A stretch of DNA of 64,000 nt, taken from contig JBBRPR010000028.1 in NCBI GenBank assembly GCA_038227875.1, positions 40,559-104,558 on the forward strand. Direction: 5' to 3'. The notes under the pieces are model-generated. The model saw only the letters and a program-made list of their open reading frames with translations, searched no databases and was not told the DNA's origin. Below, piece after piece: positions 20,274 to 30,521 of the stretch (position 1 is its first letter; every line of letters starts with the position of its first letter). Source of the DNA: Planctomycetota bacterium. Its GTDB lineage: Bacteria; Planctomycetota; SZUA-567; H5-PLA8. Position numbers and translations under genes: made by a program.

Positions 20274-20960
20274 ATGATCCCGCACCGGTACTACACGCCG
20301 TCGCCTCCCGCTCCACCTCCGCCGCCCGACCGTTCACTGCAGACGTTCAATCTCGTTACGCGCATCGGCTTGGTGCTCCTGGCCGTCGGTTTTCTCTGGT
20401 TCGTCAAAGCATTCGTGTGGCCGGAAAGCCGGGTGCGCCACGCGCCGGGAATCCTCGTCGCCGCTGAGCCTGAACAGAAGGACGTGAAGCCGCCAAAATC
20501 GTGGGACGCCAACGGCTATCACATTACCGCGCTGGCGAGCTACTCCGTCGAAGCCGAAGTGCTCTCGAAAGCGCGTTACTACATGGGCCGAGAATGCGAT
20601 CTTTCGCCGGTGGATTTCGCACTGGGCTGGGGGCGCATGTCCGATCAGGCGCTGCTCGACAAGCTGGAGATTTCGCAGAGCGGCCGCTGGTACAACTACC
20701 ATTGGGACAGCGCGCCGCCGGCCGATCAGCAGGAGATCGTCCAGCACAGCGCCAATACGCACCTGCTTCCCGCCACGCCCGCGATCAGGGCGCAGTTGCT
20801 CGCCGTCCGGCCCGGCAGCATCGTGAAACTGCAGGGGTATCTGATTTCCGCGACCGGCAGTGATGGCTGGTCGTGGGCCAGTTCGCTCTCGCGCTACGAC
20901 ACCGGCAACGGCAGTTGCGAAGTGATGTGGGTCGAGAGCGTCAGCGCGCGGGATCAGTGA
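20274..20960 (+). CDS. Hypothetical membrane-anchored protein
   Basis: One TM, then a periplasmic domain with SPVDFALGWG, SANTHLLPA and WASSLSRYDTGNGSCE. Confidence 0.75.
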   Translation: MIPHRYYTPSPPAPPPPPDRSLQTFNLVTRIGLVLLAVGFLWFVKAFVWPESRVRHAPGILVAAEPEQKDVKPPKSWDANGYHITALASYSVEAEVLSKARYYMGRECDLSPVDFALGWGRMSDQALLDKLEISQSGRWYNYHWDSAPPADQQEIVQHSANTHLLPATPAIRAQLLAVRPGSIVKLQGYLISATGSDGWSWASSLSRYDTGNGSCEVMWVESVSARDQ

Positions 20961-20993
20961 CGGTAGCGTAGCGTAGGACCAATTGGTCGGACC

Positions 20994-21860
20994 CTAGCGC
21001 AAATTTGCGCCAGGGTTGCTCCCGCCGGTCAGGCTGCGCCGCACCCCTTCGCGATAGGCGCGGGGACTGACGCCGCAACGCTGCTTGAACAAGCGGCTGA
21101 AATGAAACACGTCGCGGTGCCCGACCCGTCCGGCGATCTCCTTGATCGGCGCGTCGGTTTCGAGCAGGAGCTGCTGCGCCGCCTGGATCCGCTGGCGCTG
21201 AACGTAATGCTGCGGCGCGAAGCCCGTGATCTGTTTGAAGACTGCGTGAAAACGCGATTCGGAAAGATGCATCGCGCGCGCCAGCCGAGCCAGGCTGATC
21301 GCGCCGTCGAGCTGCTCGCGGATCAGCGTCAGCGCCGGCATTAGCCGCTGGAGCGCGTCGAAGGCTTTGGCGCCCGACGGCGATTCCGTCGAGACTTCCA
21401 GCAGCGTCGCTAGCAATTCAAAACCGAGCGCTTTGCGCTGGATGCGCTGGCGGACATCCAGCGAGGGCAGAAACAGCGCCGCGAGGTCCGTGTTGATGCG
21501 CCCGATGCGCTCGGCCGCACTGCCGCGGATCAGCACGGGGACATCGAAGAGCGTCAACACGTCGATGCAGCCGAAGATCAGAAAATTCATGTGCGAGAAA
21601 CGGCTGTACCCGGCCGTGTTGCCTGCCAGGCCGACGTGATGTTCGACGCTCTGCCGCACGAACACCGCTGAACCCCTCGGCGTGCGTACCATCCTGTCGC
21701 GCAATTCCACGTAGGCCGGATAATCCGTCTGAGCGCAGACGGCGAACGGCAGCAGCCGCCAGCCCATCGAATGCGGCGGATGGACTAGCAGCACGCCGCC
21801 GCTGTGGTAGCTGAAGTTCAGCGTGCGTTCGAGCTCCTCCATCAGCTTGAGATCGGCCAT
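20994..21860 (-). CDS. AraC family transcriptional regulator
   Basis: C-terminal double HTH (LARAMHLSESRFHAVFK…FSRLFKQRCGVSPRAYR). Confidence 0.92.
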   Translation of the reverse strand: MADLKLMEELERTLNFSYHSGGVLLVHPPHSMGWRLLPFAVCAQTDYPAYVELRDRMVRTPRGSAVFVRQSVEHHVGLAGNTAGYSRFSHMNFLIFGCIDVLTLFDVPVLIRGSAAERIGRINTDLAALFLPSLDVRQRIQRKALGFELLATLLEVSTESPSGAKAFDALQRLMPALTLIREQLDGAISLARLARAMHLSESRFHAVFKQITGFAPQHYVQRQRIQAAQQLLLETDAPIKEIAGRVGHRDVFHFSRLFKQRCGVSPRAYREGVRRSLTGGSNPGANLR

Positions 21861-21998
21861 CTTAAAACCTCAATGCACCATCGGCAGTGGATTCCGACAT
21901 GCAGACAGTAATCGCCGCTATAGCTAAGCGTTCATTCTCGGAGTAAATATACACACGTCGTTCAGAAAACACATCTCAAACCGGAGACCGATGAAGTC

Positions 21999-22646
21999 AT
22001 GAAAACAGCACAGCACACGACGGAGATCATGGAACGCGGCTACTGCGCGCTCGAAGGTCTTTTCACGCCGGATGAACTTCAGGAAATGCGCGACCGGCTC
22101 GGCGCGTTCTACCGCGCGCAAGGCTCGCCGCCGATGAAGGGCTTTGGCTTCAATATCCATCCGCTGCTCCCGCGCATTCCGGAGTTGAAGCGCTTTCTGA
22201 TCAACCCAGTGCTGATGCAGACGCTCGACGACATTTTCGGCGAGGAGGCGGTGCTGAAACACGGCGGCGCGCGCATGTCCGACCAGAATTGCGACGCGGC
22301 GATCGGCTGGCACGATCATTACTCATGGGATCCGTCGCACATTCCGCAGCGCACCCGTTGCGAACGGCTGCTGGCTGGAATTTACGTCGACGGCTCGAAC
22401 GCGAAGTCCGGTCCGCTCACGGCCGTTCCGCGCCGCTTCAACGAACCGCTGGGCATCGCGCCCGTCGGCGACGACCCGCGCGAAGTCGCCGTCGATTGTC
22501 CGCCGGGCACAATGGTGATTTTCGACACGGCACTCTGGCACCGCGCCAAGCGCGGCAGCGCGCCGGCGATTCGCCATCTCTTCGGCGCGCATTACATGCC
22601 GCTGAGCGATAAGCGCGCGCATCCGGAAGACAACGACGTCGGGTAG
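21999..22646 (+). CDS. Phytanoyl-CoA dioxygenase (PhyH) family Fe/2OG enzyme
   Basis: GWHDH, and a distal His in PGTMVIFDTALWHRA followed by Arg. Confidence 0.8.
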   Translation: MKTAQHTTEIMERGYCALEGLFTPDELQEMRDRLGAFYRAQGSPPMKGFGFNIHPLLPRIPELKRFLINPVLMQTLDDIFGEEAVLKHGGARMSDQNCDAAIGWHDHYSWDPSHIPQRTRCERLLAGIYVDGSNAKSGPLTAVPRRFNEPLGIAPVGDDPREVAVDCPPGTMVIFDTALWHRAKRGSAPAIRHLFGAHYMPLSDKRAHPEDNDVG

Positions 22647-22672
22647 CGAATTGATCGACCAGCCTCGCGGCT

Positions 22673-23506
22673 CTACACAAACGCGCCTGCTGTCTGCGCG
22701 CGGTATTGCCGGGGGCTCAAGCCGCATTTCTTCTTGAAGATGCGGCTGAAAAACAGCGCGTCATGCTGGCCGACGCTCGCCGCGATTTCACCAATGGAAA
22801 GATCGGTACGGATCAGCAGTTCCTGAGCTTTGCGCATCCGCATGCGCAGGATGTACTGCTGCGGCGCGAGGCCCGTGCCTTCGCGGAAGACAGCGTGGAA
22901 GCGCGCGACGGACAGATGCGCGCGGCGCGCCAGGTCTTCGACACGGATGCGCTTGCCGGTGTTCTGATGAATGTAGGTCAGCACCGGCAGCAGGCGCTGC
23001 GTGTCGCGCACCAGCGGGTTGGTCTCACGCCACCGCGAGACGCTGGCGATGGTATCGAGCATCGAGAAGCCGAGAACTTTGCGGCGTGCGATCGGCTTTA
23101 GAGTCAGCGAGGACTCGCGCGCAAGCTGCGCGAGTTCCGTGTTGATTTCGCCCAACCGCGCAGCGGCAACGTCGTAGACCAGCAACGGCGTGTCGAGCAG
23201 CAGAAACAAATCGATGCCGCCGAAGACCGTGAAGGTCGTGCATGACCATCGGCTCACGCCGCGTTTGGACAACAGCGTGCAGTTGTGGTGAATGCCCGGC
23301 GCGACGCAGATCGCGCTGCTTTTGTGGCCCAACAGCTTGCCGCGCCCCGCGACTTCGAGCATGCCCTTCGAATCGGTACTCGCGGTGACGAGATACGGGA
23401 GCGTGCGCCAACCGGTTGTGTGCGGTGCGATCATCTCCGTCACGTCGCCGTGATGGTACGTGAATTCCAGCGTGCTCTCGATGATCTTGATCAACTCAGC
23501 GTGCAT
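22673..23506 (-). CDS. AraC family transcriptional regulator
   Basis: AraC HTH (LARRAHLSVARFHAVF…FSRIFKKKCGLSPRQYR). Clear paralog of 20994-21860. Confidence 0.9.
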   Translation of the reverse strand: MHAELIKIIESTLEFTYHHGDVTEMIAPHTTGWRTLPYLVTASTDSKGMLEVAGRGKLLGHKSSAICVAPGIHHNCTLLSKRGVSRWSCTTFTVFGGIDLFLLLDTPLLVYDVAAARLGEINTELAQLARESSLTLKPIARRKVLGFSMLDTIASVSRWRETNPLVRDTQRLLPVLTYIHQNTGKRIRVEDLARRAHLSVARFHAVFREGTGLAPQQYILRMRMRKAQELLIRTDLSIGEIAASVGQHDALFFSRIFKKKCGLSPRQYRAQTAGAFV

Positions 23507-23633
23507 GCGCTGCACCTCAAACAATAGAAAAGTCCATATACACACGAGTCCGCACCATAGCTAACATATTTTCGATGCGATATCTTATCTCCAGTACGTT
23601 CTCAACCAACAATTCTGTGGAGACTATCGAGAT

Positions 23634-24542
23634 ATGAGCTACGCCGCTGTCGAAGACGCGCCTGTTGCGCCTGCCCTCAAAGCCAAGCGCCATCCCTACG
23701 CATTGAACGAAGAACAATTGGCCTTCTTCGCCGCGAATGGATACCTGCATCTCCGCGGCGTATTGGAACCGGCCGAACTGGCGGCGGTGCGCGAGGCGGA
23801 AACGCGCGTCACAGGTCCGGCGATGACGCTGCCGCTGAAAAGTCCCGACTACAAATACCACACCGATCCGGAAACCGGCCGCCCGGTACTGTTTCGCGTC
23901 GAAGTACTGCAGCAGAAGGATCCGGTGATAATGAAGCTGCACGGCAACCCGCGCATCCTCGCGATCATGCAGTCGATTTTCGGAGCGGATTTTCTGCCCT
24001 TCAGTTTCAACATGGTTTTCAAAGCGCCGGGCTTCGGACCCAGCGTGCCGTGGCATCGCGACCCGGCGTACTGCCGGATCGATCACGGCATCAATTGCGG
24101 CATCTACCTCGACGACGCCGATGCGGAAAACGGCATGATCTCCGTAATGCCCGGCAGCCACAAACGTGCGTCGCGGATCCAATTGCAGGATGCCATCCAC
24201 GAGCACGGTTTCAATCTTCCCGGCGCGGTTCCCGTTCCCGCAAAGGCCGGCGATCTGGTCATCCACAACGAGAACGTGCTCCACGGTTCGCGCACCGTCC
24301 GCAGCCAGCGGCAGCGGCGGGTGATCTATTACGGCGCCCGCTCGATCCGCGAACAGCTCGCGCGCGGCCTGGACATAAATTGGTGCAAGAGCGTTGGCCG
24401 CATCGCGAAATTCACGACGCGCCTGCGCAGCCGCAGTCCGGAATTCGCGCACGAAATCCCGTTCGACTGGAAACCCGACCGCGAAGATTGCCGCGTCGCG
24501 ATTGGCGAAGACGAGTACGTGGAATTTCGGCTGATCGAGTAA
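23634..24542 (+). CDS. PhyH family dioxygenase
   Basis: PWHRD, PGSHK and KAGDLVIHNENVLHGS…RR. Confidence 0.9.
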   Translation: MSYAAVEDAPVAPALKAKRHPYALNEEQLAFFAANGYLHLRGVLEPAELAAVREAETRVTGPAMTLPLKSPDYKYHTDPETGRPVLFRVEVLQQKDPVIMKLHGNPRILAIMQSIFGADFLPFSFNMVFKAPGFGPSVPWHRDPAYCRIDHGINCGIYLDDADAENGMISVMPGSHKRASRIQLQDAIHEHGFNLPGAVPVPAKAGDLVIHNENVLHGSRTVRSQRQRRVIYYGARSIREQLARGLDINWCKSVGRIAKFTTRLRSRSPEFAHEIPFDWKPDREDCRVAIGEDEYVEFRLIE

Positions 24543-24548
24543 CGCGGC

Positions 24549-24736
24549 GCTTTTTGTAGTCCGGGCGTCTCGCCCGGTCTAACCTCGTCACATGCGAGTT
24601 GGAGAATTCGTTCGATGGACGTTGCTCTCTTGCGAAGCAACAGCCGGTTGCTCTCGCGGTGGAATACGCATTAATCGAGTAGGTCATTTATCTAACTTGG
24701 GTGAGGTTGGACCGGGCGGGACGCCCGGACTACAAA
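24549..24736. repeat. Inverted GTAG-type REP doublet (REPIN/MITE-like), family A copy 1
   Basis: tttgtagtccgggcgtctcgcccggtc … gaccgggcgggacgcccggactacaaa. Confidence 0.8.
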
Positions 24737-24826
24737 GGGCGCCCCACTACTTGCTTTGACCCATGATCTCCTTCGTATAGGCTGAAGTCCCTGAAGGCTC
24801 GGCCTCTCCGGAGATTTCATTCTATC

Positions 24827-26353
24827 ATGGCTGCAAACACCGCCCGTCCGCGCACCCTCGGCGAATTGAAAAAGACCGGCTATAAACACCAGACCGTGCG
24901 CCAGGAATTGCGCACCAATCTGCTCGCCGCGCTGCGCGAAAAGCGGCCGATTTTCCCGGGAATCATCGGCTTCGACAAGACTGTCATCCCGCAGGTCGTC
25001 AACGCCGTCCTCGCCAATCACGATTTCATTCTGCTCGGCCTGCGCGGCCAGGCCAAGACGCGCATGGCCCGCCAGCTCACCGATTTTCTCGACCCGGAAA
25101 TCCCCGTCCTCACCGGCTTCCCCCTGAATGAAGACCCGCTCGCGCCCATCACCAACAGCGCCAAGACGCACATCGCTGCCAACGGCGATCAGACCGAGAT
25201 CCACTGGCTGGCGCGCGACGAACGCTACCGCGAGAAACTCGCCACGCCCGACGTCACCATCGCCGACCTCATCGGCGACATCGATCCGATCAAGGCCGCC
25301 AACAAGCGCCTCGATTACGCCAGCGAAGAGGTGATCCACTACGGCATCATCCCGCGCACCAACCGCGGCATCTTCTGCATCAACGAACTGCCCGACCTGC
25401 CCGCGCGCATCCAGGTCGGTCTGCTCAACATCATGCAGGAACGCGACATTCAAATCCGCGGTTTTCCCGTGCGCCTGCCGATGGACCTGCTGATCGTTTA
25501 CACCGCCAACCCGGAAGACTACACCAACCGCGGCAGCATCATCACGCCGCTGAAGGACCGCATCGACAGCCAGATCATGACGCACTACCCGTCGGATCTG
25601 AAGGACGCGATGCGCATCACCGATCAGGAAGCGTGGATCCACCGCGGCACCGTGAAGGTATCCATTCCGCAATACCTGCGCGAAGCCGTCGAAGACGTCG
25701 CGTTCCAGGCGCGCAAAAGCGAGTTTCTCGATCAGAGCTCCGGCGTGAGCGCGCGGTTGTCGATCACGCTCCTGGAATCGGTCGTGAGCAGCGCCGAACG
25801 CCGCGCGGTGATCTGCGGCGAAGCGGAAGTCGCCGTGCGGCCCATCGATCTTCAGGCCGCCGTCAGCGCGGTGACCGGCAAGGTGGAACTCGTTTACGAA
25901 GGCGAACAGGAAGGCGCGCTCAATGTCGCGCGACATCTTATCGGCCGATCGTTGAAGAACGCCTTCGACCGCGCGCTACCCGACGCGTACAAGGCGACGA
26001 AAGAAGACGCGTCGTTCGGGCCGTACAAGACGATCATCAGTTATTTCGCGAAGGGCAAGAAGGTCGAGCTCGCCGACGACATGCCGACTCCCGCGGTGCT
26101 CAAAGCGCTGCGGCAGGTCGACGGGCTTGAAGAGCTGACCAAGCGCCACATCACCGCGCAGAGCGAGTCGCTCGACTTGGCCGCGGCGATGGAATTCGTG
26201 CTCGAAGGTCTCCATCAGTCACGCGTGCTGGCCAAGGACGAACTGGATGGCCACACGCATTACCGCGACATGCTCGGCAGCATGTTTGAGGGCATGGATC
26301 AGGGCAAGCCGCCGAAGCCGCCGCGCGAACGCGGCCGTCCGCGCGACGAATGA
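24827..26353 (+). CDS. Magnesium-chelatase subunit I-like AAA+ ATPase
   Basis: GLRGQAKT (Walker A variant), INELPDL (Walker B variant) and TANPEDYTNRGSIITPLKDR. Confidence 0.85.
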   Translation: MAANTARPRTLGELKKTGYKHQTVRQELRTNLLAALREKRPIFPGIIGFDKTVIPQVVNAVLANHDFILLGLRGQAKTRMARQLTDFLDPEIPVLTGFPLNEDPLAPITNSAKTHIAANGDQTEIHWLARDERYREKLATPDVTIADLIGDIDPIKAANKRLDYASEEVIHYGIIPRTNRGIFCINELPDLPARIQVGLLNIMQERDIQIRGFPVRLPMDLLIVYTANPEDYTNRGSIITPLKDRIDSQIMTHYPSDLKDAMRITDQEAWIHRGTVKVSIPQYLREAVEDVAFQARKSEFLDQSSGVSARLSITLLESVVSSAERRAVICGEAEVAVRPIDLQAAVSAVTGKVELVYEGEQEGALNVARHLIGRSLKNAFDRALPDAYKATKEDASFGPYKTIISYFAKGKKVELADDMPTPAVLKALRQVDGLEELTKRHITAQSESLDLAAAMEFVLEGLHQSRVLAKDELDGHTHYRDMLGSMFEGMDQGKPPKPPRERGRPRDE

Positions 26354-26421
26354 AGCGGCAAATTAAAATTCAAAAGTAAAAATTCAAAAACGCACGCGGC
26401 TGTCAGTGTGCCGCGGCAAAT

Positions 26422-26578
26422 GTGTGTCAGAAGCAAGCGGCCGTATGCTTGCTCCCTGCTGTTGTGCGCGTGATTTTCGCGCAAGCGGTTTCGGTTTCAC
26501 AATCGGAAAGCATGCTTTTGTTCAGTTGGATTGCACTTAGCAAGGAGCAAGCAAACGGCCGCTTGCTCCTTGGCACAC
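26422..26578. repeat. Inverted palindrome doublet, family B copy 1
   Basis: gtgtcagaagcaagcggccgtatgcttgctcc … ggagcaagcaaacggccgcttgctccttggcacac. Confidence 0.75.
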
Positions 26579-26594
26579 AGTTGCGCAAGCCGAG

Positions 26595-28463
26595 CTAGCG
26601 GCTGCGGCTTTTGGTGGTGTCTTTGGATTTGCCGGTGGTGGTGAGCGATTTGCCGTCGGAACCTTCTTTGTTGACATTCAGGTCTTCCTGCCAGAGCAGG
26701 ACGTGATCGTTGACGGCCACGGCGGTAGGGTTGTCACTTAGGTCCAGGTTGGCGACGACAGAATTCTTGGTCTTGGTCGACAGGTTGATCGTGGACTTGC
26801 CCTTGCGAACCACTCGGGCCGTGCCATCTACAACCAACACCTGCATCGTGCTGGTCAGCGCGTTGATGTTCACATCCACCAGGTCTCCGGAGCTCGCCTG
26901 CAGCGTGGTGGAATAATTCACGGTGACATTTCCGCCCTGCGGAGCGCGGTACGAGATCTCGCCGGAATCGAGCGTCAGGATCGTGTTCACGCCTTTGAGC
27001 TGCACGGTGACTTTCGTGCTCTTGTTGATCCACAAACGTCCGTCGCCGGGAAGTACCAGACCGAGACGCGTTCCGCCGGTGGTGATCGTCGTGTCGGTTG
27101 GCAGTTCGGCTTTCAACTGAAATGGCTGATCGGGCGGAAGCGACGGCGAAATGGTGACGTCATTGGGCTCGCGAATCACGCCCACCACCATTTTTCCATC
27201 GACGGCCGCGACGATGCTGTTGTCCACTGGCGGCGTGGGCGTCGGCGCGGGATCGGGCGTCTGGGTCGATGGAACAGCTGTAGGATTCACCGACTGCGTG
27301 CCCGGATTGATCGAGGTGGCTGCAACCTTTGGGCCTATCGCAACGTCGCCAGTGGTCGGCACGACCAGTGGTCCAGTTCCGTTCGGAATGGTGGGAACAA
27401 TCGGCGGTCCGCCATTCGACTTCGGCTTGGAGTTTTCGACGACGGTCTGCTGATCCGGTTCCACAATAGGAGCGGGAGCAGGTGCAGGCGTGACATCGGG
27501 TCCGTGTTTGGGTTCAACCGGTGCGGGCGGATACGGCTTGTGCTGTACCTTGGGCACGAACGGCGTCGGCACGGTTGCGGGCGCTGTGCTGCGTGGTTCG
27601 GTCGGCGTGACTGTGTTCGGATTCACCGCGCCATTGGGCGTCGGCGGCGCGGGCGGAACGTCGCTGGAAAGCGACGGCGCCGGCGGAGTCGGAACGACGC
27701 TCTGCGAATTCGGCGCGACCGGCGTAATAGGCGTGATGGGCGTTTCGTCAGGTGTGATCAGCGGCGCTTCGGGCGGATTCACCGGTGGCACGCGCGGCTG
27801 TGGTGGAACCTTGGCGGTGTTGGAGACGCCGTCGTTCAACGCTTTCAGGCCGAAAATCGTGCCTGCCGAAAAGACAATCGCCGCAGCAACAGCAACCGCC
27901 GCACGTAGGATGCGCTTGCGCCACGGGCTTTCCTGCGCGGCGTAAATGCGCACAGTCGGCGCGCTGGTGTGAAGCTTGATCGCGACGGTTTCATGAGCAC
28001 CCGGAAGCATCGGCGACAAGGCTTTCGCCGGCAGCTTGGCGCTCAAACGGTCGATGAGCTTCCGGCCGGCGTTCGCCGATGCGGACAGCTCCGCATTTTT
28101 CAAGAAGGAACTCATCGCCCGTAACGATGCCAGTTCGCGCCGCGCAGCCGGTTGTTCGGAAAGCAGTTGATCGACGGTGGCGCGTTCAACGGAATTCAGA
28201 TCGCCGGTAATGGAGGCCGCAAGCAGTTCGACCGGCTTGGGCATGGAGCCTTCGACGCGGCGCTTGAGTTCGGCCAGCATCGCGGGAGTGACGGGGCGCT
28301 GAGCCTGTTTTAGGATCGCGGCGAGCGACTGCAATTCCGCCAACTGGTTGCGCAGGGCCGGGTTATTGGCGAGGCGGTGCTCCACGGCCGCGCGCTCGGA
28401 GGGCGTAACATCGCCCGCCAGATATGCGGAGAGCAATTCATCGATGTGCACCTCGTTACTCAT
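26595..28463 (-). CDS. Anti-sigma factor with a duplicated anti-sigma domain, Pro-rich linker and FecR-like domain
   Basis: Two ELLxAxxxGDxxxxERAxV repeats, TM, a long P/T-rich linker and FecR-like LPGDGRLWINKSTKV…LDSGEI. Confidence 0.75.
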   Translation of the reverse strand: MSNEVHIDELLSAYLAGDVTPSERAAVEHRLANNPALRNQLAELQSLAAILKQAQRPVTPAMLAELKRRVEGSMPKPVELLAASITGDLNSVERATVDQLLSEQPAARRELASLRAMSSFLKNAELSASANAGRKLIDRLSAKLPAKALSPMLPGAHETVAIKLHTSAPTVRIYAAQESPWRKRILRAAVAVAAAIVFSAGTIFGLKALNDGVSNTAKVPPQPRVPPVNPPEAPLITPDETPITPITPVAPNSQSVVPTPPAPSLSSDVPPAPPTPNGAVNPNTVTPTEPRSTAPATVPTPFVPKVQHKPYPPAPVEPKHGPDVTPAPAPAPIVEPDQQTVVENSKPKSNGGPPIVPTIPNGTGPLVVPTTGDVAIGPKVAATSINPGTQSVNPTAVPSTQTPDPAPTPTPPVDNSIVAAVDGKMVVGVIREPNDVTISPSLPPDQPFQLKAELPTDTTITTGGTRLGLVLPGDGRLWINKSTKVTVQLKGVNTILTLDSGEISYRAPQGGNVTVNYSTTLQASSGDLVDVNINALTSTMQVLVVDGTARVVRKGKSTINLSTKTKNSVVANLDLSDNPTAVAVNDHVLLWQEDLNVNKEGSDGKSLTTTGKSKDTTKSRSR

Positions 28464-28715
28464 TGCTTTCCCGCCCACAGAGACACATATAGGTGCGTAA
28501 TGCCCCCAAGGGGATTACCACACCTTGGTCGGAACTCTCTAGATAGGACAGATTATTGGGCTTAGAGCGTCGAGAAAGTTTAAAAAGAAGGTCGAATATG
28601 AATGCACATGTGCAGGCCAGAAGGTGTCTGATTCTAACCAGGGAGCGAATTTGCTCCCGGGTCATGTGAGAAGCTTCGAGGTTGCAAGTCCATCAGGCTT
28701 GGTCAGAATGTCCGC

Positions 28716-28898
28716 ATGAATCCGGGACTCTGCGCCACCTGCCGCCACGTCAAGCGACTCGAGTCGCCGCGCTCGGTCTTCTATATGTGCCTGCGCGCGG
28801 AGACCGATCCGAAGTACCGGCGCTATCCTCCGCTGCCGGTGTTGAAATGTGACGGGTATGAGGCGGCGAAAGACACTCCAACCAAATCGTCAAGCTGA
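28716..28898 (+). CDS. Small Cys-rich hypothetical protein
   Basis: 60 aa: GLCATCRH…FYMC…YPPLPVLKCDGYE. Confidence 0.7.
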   Translation: MNPGLCATCRHVKRLESPRSVFYMCLRAETDPKYRRYPPLPVLKCDGYEAAKDTPTKSSS

Positions 28899-28900
28899 CG

Positions 28901-29650
28901 CTAAACCTGCGCCCCGCTCTCATCATCCGTCGGTTTCACATCGGCGCCGCAGGAAACGCAGAACGTGCGCCAGTAATCTTTTCCCGTCCCCAGTTGCAGT
29001 CCTTTAAGCGTCAGCGGACAGTACGGCATCCCGCAATGAACGCAGAAAGCGCGCGGACCCTCAGGCCTGCCGAGATTCTGTGCGCGTTCCGCCGTTTGCA
29101 GCACCTGCCAGTTCTCTTCCGAGATGCCGAAGACTTCGTGCGGCCGCTGCTTGGGCAGCAGCGCTTCCATGATCGAGTACACATAACGCCCGCCAGTGGC
29201 CGGAATCGCGACGAAGGATTCGGCATGCGCCCAGCAGCCGTACTGAATGGCCACGGTGTAATCGTCGCGATCTTCTTCGCCCAGGCGATAGTCTGTAAAA
29301 TTCACAGATCCCGCCATCATGCTCGCCATCAGCGGACTGACGTTTCCGGACATCACGGCCGTGGCGGCGCCGAGAACGTCCAGCATCATACGGCTGGCGT
29401 TGGGGCTTTTCTCGAAGACGCGCTGCCAGACGGCCGCGCGATCGCACTGGGGTGACGAGCACCCGCGGATTCGACCGGTGTCGTCGCGCAGAATTTCCGA
29501 GAGGCGGCGCTGGCGGAATTCCGCGATCGATTCGGGCGTGAAGCGGCCGGAGTCAACAAGTTGCTTGACGGCCGCGTCGCTCATGGCGGTGCTCAGCGTC
29601 GCGCCGTCTGATCCAATTCCGCAGGCGGTATCGAGCAGCAGATCATCCAT
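28901..29650 (-). CDS. Hypothetical protein with a C-terminal Zn-ribbon
   Basis: FCVHCGMPYC…FCVSCG. GGAG RBS. Confidence 0.65.
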   Translation of the reverse strand: MDDLLLDTACGIGSDGATLSTAMSDAAVKQLVDSGRFTPESIAEFRQRRLSEILRDDTGRIRGCSSPQCDRAAVWQRVFEKSPNASRMMLDVLGAATAVMSGNVSPLMASMMAGSVNFTDYRLGEEDRDDYTVAIQYGCWAHAESFVAIPATGGRYVYSIMEALLPKQRPHEVFGISEENWQVLQTAERAQNLGRPEGPRAFCVHCGMPYCPLTLKGLQLGTGKDYWRTFCVSCGADVKPTDDESGAQV

Positions 29651-29683
29651 GGAAGGTCTCCGCTCGATTGCTGCCGGGACGCG

Positions 29684-30463
29684 TTATCTCCGCTTCTCGT
29701 TCTTGGTGATCGCGATGACCTGGGCGTGGAGCGCGGCGTTGCTGGCGACGGCGTCCTTGCCCCAGATCGTCGGGGTGCCGTCCCAGGTCGTGAAGTGGCC
29801 GCCGGCTTCTTCGAAAATCGGGCCGAAGGGCGCGCAGTCCCACGGGTTCATTTCCGGGTCGATCATCACGTCGGCGCGGCCGGTGGCGACGAGGACATAG
29901 CCGTAGCAATCACCCCAGGTTCGCTGCAGTTTCGTGCGCGCGACGAGTTTCTCCCACGCATCCGAACGCGCGTTGGCGTGCGTGATCGAGGTGGAGAGCA
30001 GCGCGGCGTCTTCGAGTTTCGAAACCGTTGAGACGTGTGCGCGGCGACCGTTCCAGTAGCAGCCGTGGCCGAGAGCAGCGGTGACCATTTCGTCGAACGC
30101 GGGCAAATAACAAACGCCGACGGACGGCTTGCCGCGCACTTCGACGCCGATCAGCACGCCGTAAAACGGCACGCCGCAGATGAACGTCTTGGTGCCGTCG
30201 ATGGGATCGATGATCCAGCGGTAGTCGTTGTCGCCGGCCTTCGCGCCGCCTTCTTCGCCGAGGATGCCGTGCGTCGGGTAGGTCTTCAAAATCCGCGCGC
30301 GGATGATCTCCTCCGATTCGCGGTCGGCGCGCGTCACCGGGGTGTTGTCGGCCTTGGTTTCGACGGCCACGCCGGCGTTGAAGTAAGCCAGCGTCCGGCG
30401 GCCTCCGAGGTACGCGGCTTCAGTGGCGACGGCGAGAAGATCCTGCAGCGACGGTTCAGCCAT
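29684..30463 (-). CDS. hisN: Histidinol-phosphate phosphatase, inositol monophosphatase family
   Basis: KADNTPVTRADRESE, GEE, WIIDPIDGTKTF, WGDCYGY and WDCA. Confidence 0.8.
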   Translation of the reverse strand: MAEPSLQDLLAVATEAAYLGGRRTLAYFNAGVAVETKADNTPVTRADRESEEIIRARILKTYPTHGILGEEGGAKAGDNDYRWIIDPIDGTKTFICGVPFYGVLIGVEVRGKPSVGVCYLPAFDEMVTAALGHGCYWNGRRAHVSTVSKLEDAALLSTSITHANARSDAWEKLVARTKLQRTWGDCYGYVLVATGRADVMIDPEMNPWDCAPFGPIFEEAGGHFTTWDGTPTIWGKDAVASNAALHAQVIAITKNEKRR

Positions 30464-30521
30464 GATTTTTTGAGTCAACTCCTGATTGTTTTGAGACGGC
30501 CAGTGTCAAACGCACCGGGTG

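Noticed and set aside
24827..26353. Chlorophyll-synthesis magnesium chelatase (bchI/chlI)
   Set aside because: No other photosynthesis genes are nearby, and the motifs fit the widespread non-photosynthetic chelatase-like AAA family, so no symbol was assigned.
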